A stretch of DNA of 61,308 nt, filler included, from Ionaspis alba (GCA_964255285.1; 9 parts of 9 records of this genome joined end to end with filler, not necessarily neighbours in it); one strand, 5' to 3'; numbered from the whole stretch's first letter, positions 25,497-38,239 are shown. Program-made: numbers and translations. The notes: generated from the letters alone by a model not told the origin.

Positions 25497-25908
25497 CTAG
25501 TGTTTCGCCTTCTGCTCCTCCAAATTCGAGTTCTTTATGAACTCCCTAGATGCAATTGTATCAGCACATTGCGCTTGTACCGGACTGGGGAGCCAAAGAT
25601 GGCTTCACGCACTGTATAAATGCCTCTTCGTCTTTACTTGTGGCATTGATAGGCGGCCCGCTCTCCCTCTTCTTTGTGTCTCCTCCTCGTAGCCCCAAGT
25701 AGGCACCCAGAGCTGTCGTACCGAGAGTAGCCATGGCTAGCTAGAGTGTCGAGTGATGTTAGCCAAAAGTGATCGTAGATATTATTCGAGTCTCCACGCT
25801 GAAAGAACATGGCGATTGGACGCTCTGATCTGGATTGGCCGGTTGATGGGCAATACATACGACATGTGATCCGACCTGGCGGCCCGCAATAGTGTACATA
25901 ACAACCAT
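25497..25908 (-). CDS. ATP19: Mitochondrial ATP synthase subunit k (74 aa)
   Basis: Exons 25908-25861, 25740-25613 and 25545-25497 give MVVMYTIAGRQVGSHV|LAMATLG...GPPINATSKDEEAFIQ|EFIKN...KAKH; absent from the ORF track. Confidence 0.9.
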
Positions 25909-26161
25909 TATGGCGGGTCAGGGTAGGCAACACGGATGTTAGTGGCTTTGAGGCGATTCAATGCTTTTCGTTTGGTGCTTTCCTTGATATGAGGTTTCAT
26001 TGGAGCTCTAAAGTCGGCCTCGGATTAACGTTATCCGCAAACTTGGCAGACGTCCTTATTTCCGGCTCCCTCCGCCATGTCGTGTGCCGAGGAACCTTGG
26101 GTTCCTAGAGCTTTCAGGCTCTTTTGCGTGTCCTCTGTACTTCCGCAACTTCATAGGGAAG

Positions 26162-27202
26162 ATGGGCGGAACTAGCTCCAAAGAAGCGTCTGCAAAGGAT
26201 GCCAGAAGCTCCGCTGTTCCAGCGTCCACTCCGAAGCCGGTTCATGACGAGAATGAGCCGCTGCCCCGCGAGAAGCTTCCCAAAGCTCTGCAGAAGATAG
26301 TCGACAGCGACGACGACTCCTTGTTCGATCAGCTCTACGATGGAAGGTGTGTACATTCCTCTTCAAATGCGTTTTTCCTCCAAAGCACACGGTCACTGTA
26401 TCCCCTTACTCTAGCTCCCTACTGACCGATCCTTAGTGCCACCATATCCACCGATTCCAACGTCCGCTACGCAGCCTACGCCGCCCGTGCCCGTACCATC
26501 CTTCTCTCCGCCCACCGCTATGTAGCCTATACCTCCGATATTGGGGAGTCCTTCCGCCCCATCGCTCACCCCTGGCTCATAAAAGGTGCCTATGGCATCT
26601 CTTGGGCGTACCTTATTGGCGATGTCTCACACGAGGGCTACAAAGCGTACCTGCGACAGCGGCGCCTTCTCAGCCCTGGCATGCCTGGAGTCGTGGCGGA
26701 GGAAGCAACAGATGCGAGGGTGGCTTCGAACGGCGGTGTGACAAAGGAGGGCGTGCCTGCGTCTGTCGAGGTCCCGGCTATCGAGGATTATAGAACGGTG
26801 ATTGTTCAGAGGGCTTTGTTTCAGAGTGTAGCGAGTATGGGACTACCGGCTTTTACGATTCATAGCATAGTAAGGTATTCGGGGAGGGCCTTGAAGGGAG
26901 CTAAGAATACAATGATCAGAACCTATGGACCGATCGGGGTAGGTCTTGCAAAGCCAGAGATTCTGCCCTTTCATCCTCGAATACGAGTTGCTGATTCTTG
27001 CATCTAGCTTGGTCTGGCTGCTGTTCCTTTCCTACCCTACATGTTCGATCAGCCGGTAGAAAATGCAGTGGAATGGACTTTCCATAAGGCCTTTGAGACA
27101 TTCGGTGGACCAGAGGCTGTGGGCCACGCACCGAAGACTGGCAGGGAGGCGGAAATGCAGCGCGGGAATGAGAGACGAAAGGTCAAAGAAAAGGAACTAT
27201 GA
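26162..27202 (+). CDS. Mitochondrial fission process protein 1 (MTP18/MTFP1 family)
   Basis: Introns 26347-26436 and 26939-27007. Motifs RYVAYTSDIGESFRP, YGISWAYLIGDV, FQSVASMGLPAFTIH and G|LGLAAVPFLPYMFDQPVE. Confidence 0.9.
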
Positions 27203-27371
27203 GGACTTCATCATGTGATATACTTAGGGTTTTGCTTAATTGCGCCTAGCGTTGGTGGGGTTCTGGCAAACAATGTCTACTCTCGTCTCATCCCCTTTCT
27301 CCATCAAACCACATCTCCGCTTTGATCATCGAATCATGTCTTGGGCTTGAGCCTATGATACCACTCAGTTC

Positions 27372-27471
27372 NNNNNNNNNNNNNNNNNNNNNNNNNNNNN
27401 NNNNNNNNNNNNNNNTTAATTAATTAANNNNNNNNNNNNNNNNNNNNNNNNNNNNNNNNNNNNNNNNNNNN
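27372..27471. other. Artificial scaffold-joining spacer
   Basis: N44-TTAATTAATTAA-N44. Confidence 0.98.
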
Positions 27472-27608
27472 GGATATGGGTGGGGCATTTGATGGGGGGT
27501 TTTGGTTAAGACGAGGTTGTTTTTCGTATGAAAATTGTTGTTGTTGTCTGGTGATTTGATGGCACGATTTTTCCGGATATAGCTTCAACTCATAGTTACG
27601 CTATTGTA

Positions 27609-27869
27609 CTATCATAATTTCAACGATGACAACAACGACTGAACATTGGCTTGGCACCTGGAGTCCCTTCAAAGATAACATCACGTGTGCCAAGTCCTTA
27701 GCCCGGACATATTTTCCGCATATCGCACTCCTCTAATCCACTTCTGGACGACTGCAAGTCCTTATCAGTGATCTTCCCACAATCCATCCCGCCGTGGAAA
27801 TGCAATCTTTGTTGCACGTTATCTAGCCGCGGTCGAGGCCCGCTGGGGTGGGATCAGGATTGCCCGCGG
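27609..27869. promoter_or_regulatory. Cluster of candidate AreA (HGATAR) and NirA-like (CCGHGG core) sites upstream of niiA
   Basis: HGATAR at 27609-14(-), 27673-78(+), 27762-67(-), 27819-24(-). CCGTGG at 27792-97; CCGCGG at 27827-32 and 27864-69. None matches the full CTCCGHGG. Confidence 0.5.
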
Positions 27870-28315
27870 CGATGCACGACGCGCTGGAAGGATGACTTGA
27901 GTAGGGGGGCGATGTGGGGACCAGATGTACCGGCCGATTGGGAGCGTGAGGGCTCTGTGGAGAGAGATTGTGGGTGGTGCTCCTGCTGGTGGTGGCGGCG
28001 GCGGCCAGTTTGGTGGGGTGGTAGAGTGTGATGTGGATGATATCGTCGTTTGCTTGTTCTTTTTTTTCGAGATTGTAACTGTGCTCCTGTACTTTCTTTT
28101 CTGAAGTTATTGTTCTGTGTGATCTACTCTAATATATTGTCTTTTACTTTACCGTCTAAAGATCACATGGTGAATTTCGTGTGTCCGTTGGAGCTTGGAG
28201 TTCAAGACTGATTGTGTGGTGCTTGCCCATTGTTGATCTTTCCATTTTCGTGCTCTGTAATCAGCCAAAATATTCACCTACGGCGATTCTTGGTCGTCCC
28301 AAGCAACTCGCTACA

Positions 28316-31300
28316 ATGTCCTGGGCGGAGTCCTCACCAGGCTTGCAAGCCGGTCGTGTCCCGGTCAATGGACATGACCCGGAGGAAGACAAGGCAGAAT
28401 ATCCCAAACCAAAAGCACAGCGGAAGAAGGTCGTTGTTGTGGGCCTGGGGATGGTGGGCATTGCATTCATGTGAGTAGAAGCGTGGCCAGAACTTGACCA
28501 CCAATCGACGTTAATATATCACGCAGAGAGAAGCTACTCAAAATGGACTCAAAGCGCCGGGAATACGATATAATAGTCATTGGCGAAGAATCACATCTGG
28601 CATACAATCGCGTCGGCTTGACGAGTTTCTTCCAACATCGGAAGGTGGAGAACTTGTACTTGAACTCGAAGGACTGGGTACGTCGACTATTCCTCATACA
28701 ACTCTACCTCGGAGATCACGCTAATTTGTCCTTGTTGCTTCTAGTATCACAATACACCCAGCGGCGCCTTGAACTACCATTTGAACACAACTGTCACAAA
28801 GATCCACACCAAAGAGAAGCTGGTCTCTACTTCCACCGGCGAAACGGTCCCCTATGACATCCTCGTTCTCGCCACCGGCTCTGATGCCCTACTTCCTCGA
28901 CACACTCCCGGCCACGATGCTAAAGGAGTCTTCGTCTACCGCACCATTGAGGATCTACAGAAGCTGATCACCTTCGCGGAGACGGTCAAAGGTACAAATG
29001 GTGCTGTCGTTGGAGGCGGGCTCCTCGGTCTCGAAGCTGCCAAGGCGATGATGGACTTGGAGACCTTCACCTCAGTCAAGCTGATAGAGAGGAACCGATG
29101 GGTCCTGAGTCGGCAACTTGATGGAGATGCTGGCGGCATGGTTGTCGATCTGGTGCGGCAGCTGGGACTCGATGTTCTCCTCAGCAAGCGAGTCGGCAAG
29201 ATAGAAGTCGATGAGAACAACTCCGTCAAAGGCGTCGTATTCGAGGATGGAGAACGGATGGATTGCACTTGCATCATGTTTGCCATCGGAATCCGAGCTC
29301 GAGATGAGTTAGCCAGGAATGCAAACATCAAGTGTGCGGATCGAGGAGGTGGAATTGTTGTTGATAAAGAGATGATGACAAGTCAGAAAGATATCTACGC
29401 AATCGGCGAGTGTGCTAGCTGGGAGAGTCAGACCTTTGGATTGATTGCGCCTGGCATCGAGATGGCTGATGTTCTGGCTTTTAATTTGACTCAGGCGAAG
29501 GTCCACAGTGTTAGGAAGTTCAAAAGACCGGATTTGAGCACCAAGTTGAAGCTGTTGGGAGTCGAGGTCGCCAGTTTTGGAGACTTCTTTGCTGATAGGG
29601 ATGGTCCGACCGACCTACCTACCAAATACAAGGCAGAAAGAGGAGCCAAAAGTAACGGTGTAAAGGAAGACAAGGTCAAAAATATGACTGATGGACCACC
29701 TTCACCACCGGTGAAAGCTTTGACATATAAGGATCCCTTTCAGGCCGTTTATAAGAAATACTTGTTCACACTTGATGGCAAGTATCTTCTTGGAGGCATG
29801 ATGATTGGAGACACCAAAGATTACGTCAAACTGGTGCCAATGGTGAAGAATCACAAAGCGTTGGAAGTTTCACCTAGCGAGTTCATCCTCGGAGCCAGCA
29901 GAGGAGGTGATGAAAACGCGGACGACTTGACTGACGACACTCAGATCTGCTCTTGTCACAATGTCACCAAAGGCGATGTGTGCAGTGTCGTCAAAGATGG
30001 GTCTTGCAAGAGCATCGGAGATGTCAAGTCATGCACAAAGGCTGGCACAGGCTGTGGAGGCTGCATGCCTCTCGTGCAGTCAATCTTCAATACTCAAATG
30101 AAAGCAATGGGTGCCGAGGTCCTCAACCACCTCTGCCCTCACTTCGCCTACTCCCGCGCCGACCTCTTCAACATCATTTCCGTCAAGAAACTCGACTCCT
30201 TCCCAGCCGTCATGAAAGAATGTGGCAAAGATCCCAATTCCCTAGGCTGCGAAGCCTGCAAACCCACAATCGGCTCTATCCTTGCCTCTCTCTACAACGC
30301 CCACATCATGACCAAACCACTCCACGGTCTCCAAGACACCAATGACAAATTCCTTGCCAATATTCAGCGTAACGGCACCTTCTCCGTCATTCCTCGCGTC
30401 TCTGGCGGCGAAATCACACCCGACAAACTCATCGCCATCGGCACAGTCGCCAAGCAATACAACCTCTACTGCAAGATCACCGGCGGTCAACGGATCGACA
30501 TGTTTGGCGCCAAGAAGCAAGACCTGCCTGCCATCTGGCGCTCCCTCATCGACGCCGGTATGGAATCCGGCCACGCGTACGCCAAATCCCTCCGGACAGT
30601 CAAATCCTGCGTCGGCACAACCTGGTGTCGATTTGGCATCGGCGACAGCGTCGGCATGGCCATCCGCCTCGAAGAACGCTACAAATCTATACGCTCTCCA
30701 CACAAAATCAAAGGTGGTGTCTCTGGTTGCGTGCGCGAATGTGCCGAGGCGCAGAACAAAGACTTCGGGCTCATCGCCACAGAAAAAGGCTTCAACGTCT
30801 TCGTCGCTGGCAACGGCGGCTCCAAACCCCGACACAGCGAGCTACTCGCCAAAGACGTACCACCAGACGATGTCATCCCGCTGCTAGACCGCTACCTGAT
30901 GTTCTATATCCGCACAGCAGACAAGCTACAGCGGACCGCTCGCTGGCTAGAGAACCTCCCCGGCGGGATCGGTTACCTACGGAAAGTCGTCTTGGAAGAC
31001 AGCCTCGGGATATGCACCGAGCTGGAAGCACAAATGGCCACACTCATCAGCTCCTTCTTCTGCGAATGGACCGCCGTCCTCGACGACCCCGTCCTCCTCA
31101 AAGAGTTCACCCAATTCGCAAACACCGACGACACACTCCCCACCATGGAAGGCGTCTCCTCGCGGAACCAAACCCGCCCGGCTTTCTGGCCGAAAAACGC
31201 CGCAAAGGACAATTTCCGCGATACCCAGTGGAGCGAGCTGTCCTGGCAGCCGATGCTCGAAGCCTCGGCAATGGAAAGCAAGAAGGATGCGCCGGCGGGT

Positions 31301-31864
31301 GCGTCCGCGAGCTTGAAGCGCGGCGATACCATGCTCGCGCTTTTCTACGTCAAGGGGAAATACTACGCCACGCAGCAGATGTGTCCGCACAAGCGGGCGT
31401 TTGTGCTCTCCGATGGGTTGGTGGGCGATGACCTGTCGCCCGAGAAGCAGCAGCTGTGGGTCTCGTGTCCGAATCATAAGCGAAATTTCTTGCTCGCCGA
31501 TAGCACGGAGAAGCCCGAGGCAAGGAAGGCGGGGAGTTGTTTGAACGACGCCGAGTTGAGTATTGCGACGTTCGAGGCCGAAGAGAGGGATGATGGATGG
31601 ATTTATGTTAAGTTGCCGCCCGTTGAGGAGTTGGATAGGGTGTTGGGGACGAGCAGGTGGATTGTTAAGGCGGGTGAGACTGAGGATCCGGATGGCGGTG
31701 TGGATGGGGCGATGGCGAGGGATAAGGAGGTGTTGGCGAAGAGGAAGGGGATCAAGGGGAGGAAGGTGGGAGTTGTCAATGGGGAGGGGATGACGAATGG
31801 GGTAAATGGGGTGAATGGGATTAAGGGAGGTGAAAGTGGGGGTGGAGGTAGGTTGGATTGGTAG
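28316..31864 (+). CDS. niiA: Assimilatory NAD(P)H nitrite reductase (~1140 aa)
   Basis: Introns 28471-28526 and 28678-28744. FAD motif [12 protein letters not shown] motif [15 protein letters not shown]-like ICSCHNV..GTGCGGC, siroheme/4Fe-4S CVGTTWC and GCVRECA, C-terminal Rieske CPH...CPNH. Confidence 0.97.
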
Positions 31865-32400
31865 GGTTGGGTAGATGGGATGGGTTATAGATGAATGATA
31901 GTTTAGGATGGTGTCACCAGATTGGCGATGGAGGGTTTGGAATGCATTTTTAGCTAGCATTGGTGTTCTTTGGCTTTTGCTTCTCGAGTTCTAAATGTGT
32001 CAATATACGTAAACTGTACACAACCGGCTGTGGTTTATAATTCCTCATAGATTGACTCGATGCCACCTAGAAAGGAAGGTTTGACCGTGAAATTCCGTAA
32101 CACATAAAATCTCAACTTGCTTTTCCTTTCCGCGAGCTATGCACGCCAATTGCTCTCCTTCCTTTTTGCACCAAGTCCCCGAGTTCATTGTTGCAAGCAA
32201 ATATGAGCCAACATGCCGTAGGATTCCATCAATCACGCCACATCATTGACCTTGCACAATCATCACATCAAGATTCTCCCACGTTGCCTCAACATCTCCC
32301 CACCTAGCCTCAATTGCCCGACATCCAACCTCCTTCTTACTCTCCCCCTCCAACCTCCACTACCCCGTCCCAGTCCTCATTCATCTAAAAATACGTCCAC

Positions 32401-32895
32401 TCAAACCCTCTCCCCTACCGCTCTCCTAGGACTAACCCCCCTACTCGTAAATCCCCCAACTCCATCCTCCCTCGGACTCAGCAATCTAGCCTGAAAAGCA
32501 TGTTTCATATCCTGCTCATTGAACGACCGCTTAGCGTCGACTCCCGGCCTCGGACTCTGCTTCCCCGTCTCCGCTTCTCCTACTGACCCAGAGGCTGGTG
32601 CTGAGGTAGGCGGTGCAGGAGCAGATGCTGCTGAGGTAGGAGCGTCGGGTGTGGGGCCGGTAGGATGCGTGGTACCGGTGGTGGAGATGGAGGTTGGGAA
32701 ACGAGGGGAGGTAGGTGAGGTGGACGCGGAGGTGCGGGTTGCGCAGGCGGCGGCGTAGTTGGTTGAGGAAGGGTAGCGGAGGGGTGGAGGGCGGGTGTGG
32801 GTTGGGCAGGTGGGAGAGGGAGGCCCGGGTGCGGGAGTGGTGTTGGTAGGGTTCTGAGGAGATTTAGAGGCGAGAGTTGAGAAGGGGGCGGACAT
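32401..32895 (-). CDS. Small Pro/Thr/Ser-rich hypothetical protein
   Basis: gcaATG at 32895, 164 codons; ordered-looking C-terminal block RSFNEQDMKHAFQARLL...GGFT; shows the same C-to-G codon gradient as real genes here. Confidence 0.55.
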   Translation of the reverse strand: MSAPFSTLASKSPQNPTNTTPAPGPPSPTCPTHTRPPPLRYPSSTNYAAACATRTSASTSPTSPRFPTSISTTGTTHPTGPTPDAPTSAASAPAPPTSAPASGSVGEAETGKQSPRPGVDAKRSFNEQDMKHAFQARLLSPREDGVGGFTSRGVSPRRAVGERV

Positions 32896-33506
32896 TGCGG
32901 GAATTGGTGAACGGTGGTCGGTTGTGGAGCTGCAAGGTAGCGTTATTGAGGTGGTCGAGAGATTGTGATGTCTGTGAGTAGACAATTAATAAACTAGGTT
33001 GTGGGAGGGTTTACGAGAGTTGGGGTAAATGTTGATTGGAGACTCCTCGTATCAATTGGAAAGTTGGAGGGTAAATTGACGGTTTATATGGTGAGGAATG
33101 ATATAGTTCGGAGACGGCATATGTATCACTCGAGAAGAGGTGACGATCTCATATTTCATGTGACTACGGATGATCCGGGTCTCTCCTCTTTGGCACGAAA
33201 ACACCCGGCAGATAGATGTTACGTCTGGTAATTCCTATTCTAGCCTGCTTAGCACTCCCGGTGTCTATGGACACTTGACGCCGACCTTCCACTGCACCGG
33301 TTTCTCATTGTAGAATGTTAATGATACAGCTTCCTTCCATCTCTCTTCCAGTGCAACACGAAGGGTGGTTTCTAGTTCCCGAAACATAGCAGGCAGTCAT
33401 GTCCTTGATCCAGTCAAATAAGTCCACACCATGTAACCCATATGATAAACCACCGACTTCGATCTCTTGCCAATCACGGAAACAAGACGCGACTTCAGAT
33501 CTTTAT

Positions 33507-34201
33507 TCACCACCTAGGCCAAAAGTCCAGAACCATCAAAGTCTGGTCGAGAGCGGCATAATATACAAGGTAGTCGCCCGCCATCCCGACAAAATCGCCT
33601 CCTCGAATGGTCCATGCTGCTTCTGCTTCGAGCAGCCTTCGCTCCGAGCTGGAAACCTTCGTTTTTCCAGCAGTCTTGGTCATCTTGCTATTCGAGGCAG
33701 GAAGCACTGGCTGTCGACGAGCTGGGAGAGTCACTATGTTCATCTTTTTCTGTTCTACGAAAGCATGGACTCGACGGCGTGGTAAGGTCATTTCGTGCTG
33801 TAGATCCTCGACTAAGTCAACAATAGCGACGGTGGTAAAAGGGTCCATACTTTCATCCGAGCGATCGGGGGCCACGTCACTGTGGATCAGTCTGAACATT
33901 AGAGATCGATACATATCAACTCCAACACCCGAAGCGCCGTATCGGAATTGATGAATGAGATATACGTCCGTAGCGTCCAATGTTTTTGCCGTCGCATTGT
34001 AGATAAGCCGCTGTGACGGCGGTTGATCACGGTAAGCATAGTCGATTGCCCAAATTGGCTGGTTTGCGGCACCCAAGAGGACGGTACTCGGAGTCCGACG
34101 AGAGAACGATGTTGTTTCGCCAGAGAGGCAGTCGACGAGATAGACTGTCGCAACTCCAGCAACTTCTAAGGTTGCAAAGCTTCCGTCGGTGGAAATGCTC
34201 A
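33507..34201 (-). CDS. 3' part of a hypothetical protein (possibly F-box family), 5'-truncated
   Basis: Frame open from the spacer to the stop at 33507, ending GDYLVYY...LMVLDFWPRW. The family guess rests only on that C-terminal pattern. Confidence 0.6.
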
Positions 34202-34301
34202 NNNNNNNNNNNNNNNNNNNNNNNNNNNNNNNNNNNNNNNNNNNNTTAATTAATTAANNNNNNNNNNNNNNNNNNNNNNNNNNNNNNNNNNNNNNNNNNN
34301 N
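34202..34301. other. Artificial scaffold-joining spacer
   Basis: N44-TTAATTAATTAA-N44. Confidence 0.98.
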
Positions 34302-34628
34302 TCACAGAAGATAGTTTGATGTTTAGACTAGGGCTGTCCAGAATTCAAAGTAAACAAAAGCAGCCAATGAGATGTTGCAAACCGGTCTTGGCATTCTTTC
34401 ACCGCAGCTTGAGCCGTTTGCTCCCCTGGCGGCCAGCTCATTCTTCTTTGTTCGACTCACTTCTCGTTGATACCAAGCCCAAACATCTCGCTCATTTCTA
34501 GCAATAAATAAGTCGTCCTCTAAGAACAAAAATTATCCCTCCTCAAGCTCAGACGGCCAAATCGTCCCAACATTTATCAGAGGCACTATCCGTATCATCC
34601 TATAGAGAATTCAGAGCAGACTTTGGCG

Positions 34629-35511
34629 ATGGCCTCTTCAGACCCACCCCTCAGTGGACGAGAGTCTGTGGTATCCGCAGCAGAAGCGTCATATTCCACC
34701 AAGCATGAGCAGCCAAAGGAAGAGAAACATTCAGCCTGGTCTGTTGAATCTGGTAACTATGCTATCCCTGATTTGGTGAGGCAAAGCTGACAGCTGCTTC
34801 AAAACAGTCGTAGCAAACATCCCCACACATTCCATCCCATCCCAGCCACCCGAATCACCAGTCCCCTTCTTCCACCTTCTCGAACGCCTGAAAACCACGC
34901 CCCGCGAAGGTTGGCGCCGCTTCGGTATCGATCATGGAGAGTCGATCTCAGACCACATGTACCGCATGTCCATCATCACCATGCTTGCTCCCTCATCTCT
35001 CTCTTCCCGTCTCGATATCCCTCGCTGCACAAAAATGGCCCTTATTCACGATATGGCTGAGAGCTTGGTTGGAGACATCACGCCCATGGACGGTGTGGAC
35101 AAGGAGGAGAAGAACAGGAGGGAAGCCGAGACGATGGATTATATCTCACATCGCTTGCTCGGAGGTGTCCTGCATGGTGGGACAGATGTCGGTGTGGGCT
35201 TGAAGGAGGTATGGCAGGAGTACGAGGACAATGAGACGTTGGAAGCCAAGTTCGTCCATGATGTGGATAAGCTGGAATTGGTGCTGCAGATGGTGGAGTA
35301 TGAGAAGCTTCGTGACGGGAAGCTGGACTTGGGCGAGTTCTCTTGGGTGGCAAGTAGGATCGTGCTGGATGAAGTCAAGGAATGGTGTGCAGAAGTGTTG
35401 TTGGAGCGGGAGGGGTATTGGAAAGGGAAAGAAAAAAAAGTCGCTGGACTAGATATTGGCCGGAAGGTGATTGACGGAGTGAAGAAGGATAGAAGAACTT
35501 CTACTTCATGA
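34629..35511 (+). CDS. HD-domain 5'-deoxynucleotidase (HDDC2/YGL101W-like)
   Basis: Intron 34753-34807. Motifs LKTTPREGW, ESISDHMYRM, MALIHDMAESLVGDITP, WQEYE and EAKFVHDVDKLE. Confidence 0.92.
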
Positions 35512-35770
35512 ATCCGCATATCCCAAAGTCCTTTGCGTGTGGTCGGTGCTTGGCGTCTGGGTCTGGCTGATAGACAGCAAGAACTATAGAAGGTGGCTTG
35601 GAGCGTTGCCAGGAGCTGAAATAGACGAATCTCAGATCAGATACCGATGCGCCAGAGACAAGAATAACATGGAATTAGCATTAAGCTAGATCATAGCCAG
35701 CAATTTACTCGTAGAGAATCATGTACATCATGAAGGCTAAATACAGAAAGCCGCCGTATACAGAACATAC

Positions 35771-38239
35771 CTACCACTCAAGAGGCTCTTGGATCTCCTC
35801 TCCCCTATTCGTTTTCGGCACAGGCATCGCCTCTATTTTCACAGGCCCACCCCTCTTTCCTCGTCGTAAATACCCCGGATCTCCAATCCACGGAGTATCC
35901 ATGACCATTTTCCCCTCGAATTTCCGAATCTTGTCCTCCATTTGCATGGTCAAACCAATGTCATCCAATCCATTCACAAGACAGTGTTTCCGGAATTCCT
36001 CAACTTCGAAATCAGCAAGTTTGTTTCCAGAAGCATCTCTGATGCATTGATTGACGAGATCAACCTCGATCTCGTGTCCAGCCTTTGCTTCTTCTGCAAT
36101 TTTGGCAAGGACGGCCTGGTCTAGTATGGCGATGGGAAGCATGCCGTTCTTGAATGTGTTGTTGAAGAAGATGTCCGCGTAAGAGGGTGCGATGATGCAG
36201 GTGATGCCGAAGTCAAGTAGAGCCCAAGGTGCGTGCTCTCGAGAGCTTCCGCAGCCAAAATTAGGTCCTGTGACCACTAGAATCTTTGACTTCCGATATT
36301 GCTCTTTATTGAGGACGAAGTCAGGCTTTTCAGAACCATCTTCGTTGAAGCGTAAAGCGTAGAAGAGAGCCGAGCCTAGTCCAGTTCGTTTGATGGTTTT
36401 GAGAAATTGTTTGGGGATGATGGCGTCGGTGTCCACATTGGAGCGGTCGAGTGGCGCAGCAATACCTTTGAGCTTCGTAAACTTAGGTAAACCTGCTGAA
36501 GATGTCTGTACATCGCTACTGGCATGAGGTTGATTGTCTTCCGGTATGTCCAAGAGACGTTCCATATCCTCATCCGTGTCGACGTCCGATACTTCGGCGT
36601 TGAGATTCACCTTCGGCGATGCTTTTGCGGGTGTTGCGTTTCTGTCAGCCAATTTTCTTACATCTGCGAGCTTGCCAACTATGGCGGCTGCTGCTGCCAT
36701 GACGGGCGACATCAAATGCGTTCGTCCGCCGGCACCTTGTCGGCCTTCAAAGTTTCGATTCGAAGTACTTGCACATCGCTCCTTGGGTGAGAGAATATCA
36801 GGGTTCATCCCTAGACACATCGAACATCCAGCTTCCCTCCACTCGAATCCAGCATCCGTGAAGATCTTGTCTAGTCCTTCGGACTCGGCTTGCTCTTTCA
36901 CCAAACCAGATCCAGGGACAATCATGGCTCTTTTGAGATTAGGAGCAATTTTCCTGCCCTCGACGATCCGTGCTGCTGCTCTTAAATCCTCAATTCTAGC
37001 ATTTGTACACGATCCAATAAAAATTTTGTCAAGTTCGATATCCTCCATGCGTGTACCTGGTTCCAACCCCATGTACTCAAGAGCTCTCCTTGCACTGTCT
37101 TTCTTCTCTTGGGTAGGAAAATCTTCTGGTTTTGGAACAACTCCAGTAATGGGCACGACATCCTGCGGCGAAGTTCCCCAAGACACGGTGGGGATAATGT
37201 CCTTGGCGTTGATGAACACCTCTTCATCATATTTGGCTCCATCATCTGATTGTAAGCTTGACCAATATTTCACAGCCTTTTTCCACTCCAGGCCATCTAC
37301 CTTTGGTGCCAACGGTCTTCCCTTGAGGTATTCAAATGTTGTTTCGTCCGGAGCCACCATTCCAGCTCTTGCCCCTGCCTCTATTGACATGTTGCATATC
37401 GACATCCGAGCCTCCATGCTCAATCCTCTGATAGCAGACCCGCAGAACTCGATGACAGAGCCTGTACCACCTGCAGTGCCTATCACTCCAATGGTGTGTA
37501 AGATGATATCCTTGCTACTGCCGCCAGGTGGGAGTACCCCATCAACCTGTATTCTCATATTCCTGCTGCGCTTTGTGATGAGTGTCTGCGTGGCAAGAAC
37601 GTGCTCAACCTCACTCGTTCCAATACCAAAGGCCAAAGCTCCAAAAGCGCCATGTGTAGAAGTGTGGCTGTCACCGCAGACCACTGTTGTACCAGGAAGT
37701 GTGAAACCCTGTTCAGGTCCAATGATGTGAACAATGCCTTGACGTTTGTCTCCAAGGCCAAAGTATGTAAGACCAAAAGCTTTAACGTTGTCTTCAAGGG
37801 TTAAACACTGTAATCGAGAGTCGGCTTCCTCCACAAATTGCCCAACATTTTTGAAGTTCTTTCGAGGTGTGGTAGGTACATTCTCGATTCTGTCAGTAGG
37901 TATACCCTTACATGACGGTAGAGGAAGCGTACGTGATCTGTAGTAGCGAGCGTGCAGTCTGGCCGCCGAACCTTTCGCCCAGCGTTCCTGAGACCTTCGA
38001 AAGCTTGCTGATTATACCGTTAGGTAAGGCAGGACTCATCAATCATTTGGTAGTATTTACAGGAGATGTAACCTCATGCACCAAATGGCGATCTAGCAGG
38101 CATTAGTATCTAGTTGCTAGTTTTGAGGTCCTCCCATACCAATGTAGAGGAGTATGGTCCCGTCGTTCCGTTCGTCAACAATATGATGCTCGAAGACCTT
38201 GTCATAGAGGGTCTGCGGTTTTTTGTCTGCTGAAGGCAT
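35771..38239 (-). CDS. LEU1: 3-isopropylmalate dehydratase (fused large and small subunit, ~772 aa)
   Basis: Exons 38239-38140, 38092-38061, 38007-37933, 37882-35771. Motifs [56 protein letters not shown] and GCGSSREHA. Confidence 0.97.

Noticed and set aside
36534..37730. 398-aa antisense ORF over LEU1 (similarly 30977-31960, 30625-31431 and 51262-51984)
   Set aside because: Shadow frames of conserved genes caused by codon bias; no recognisable motifs
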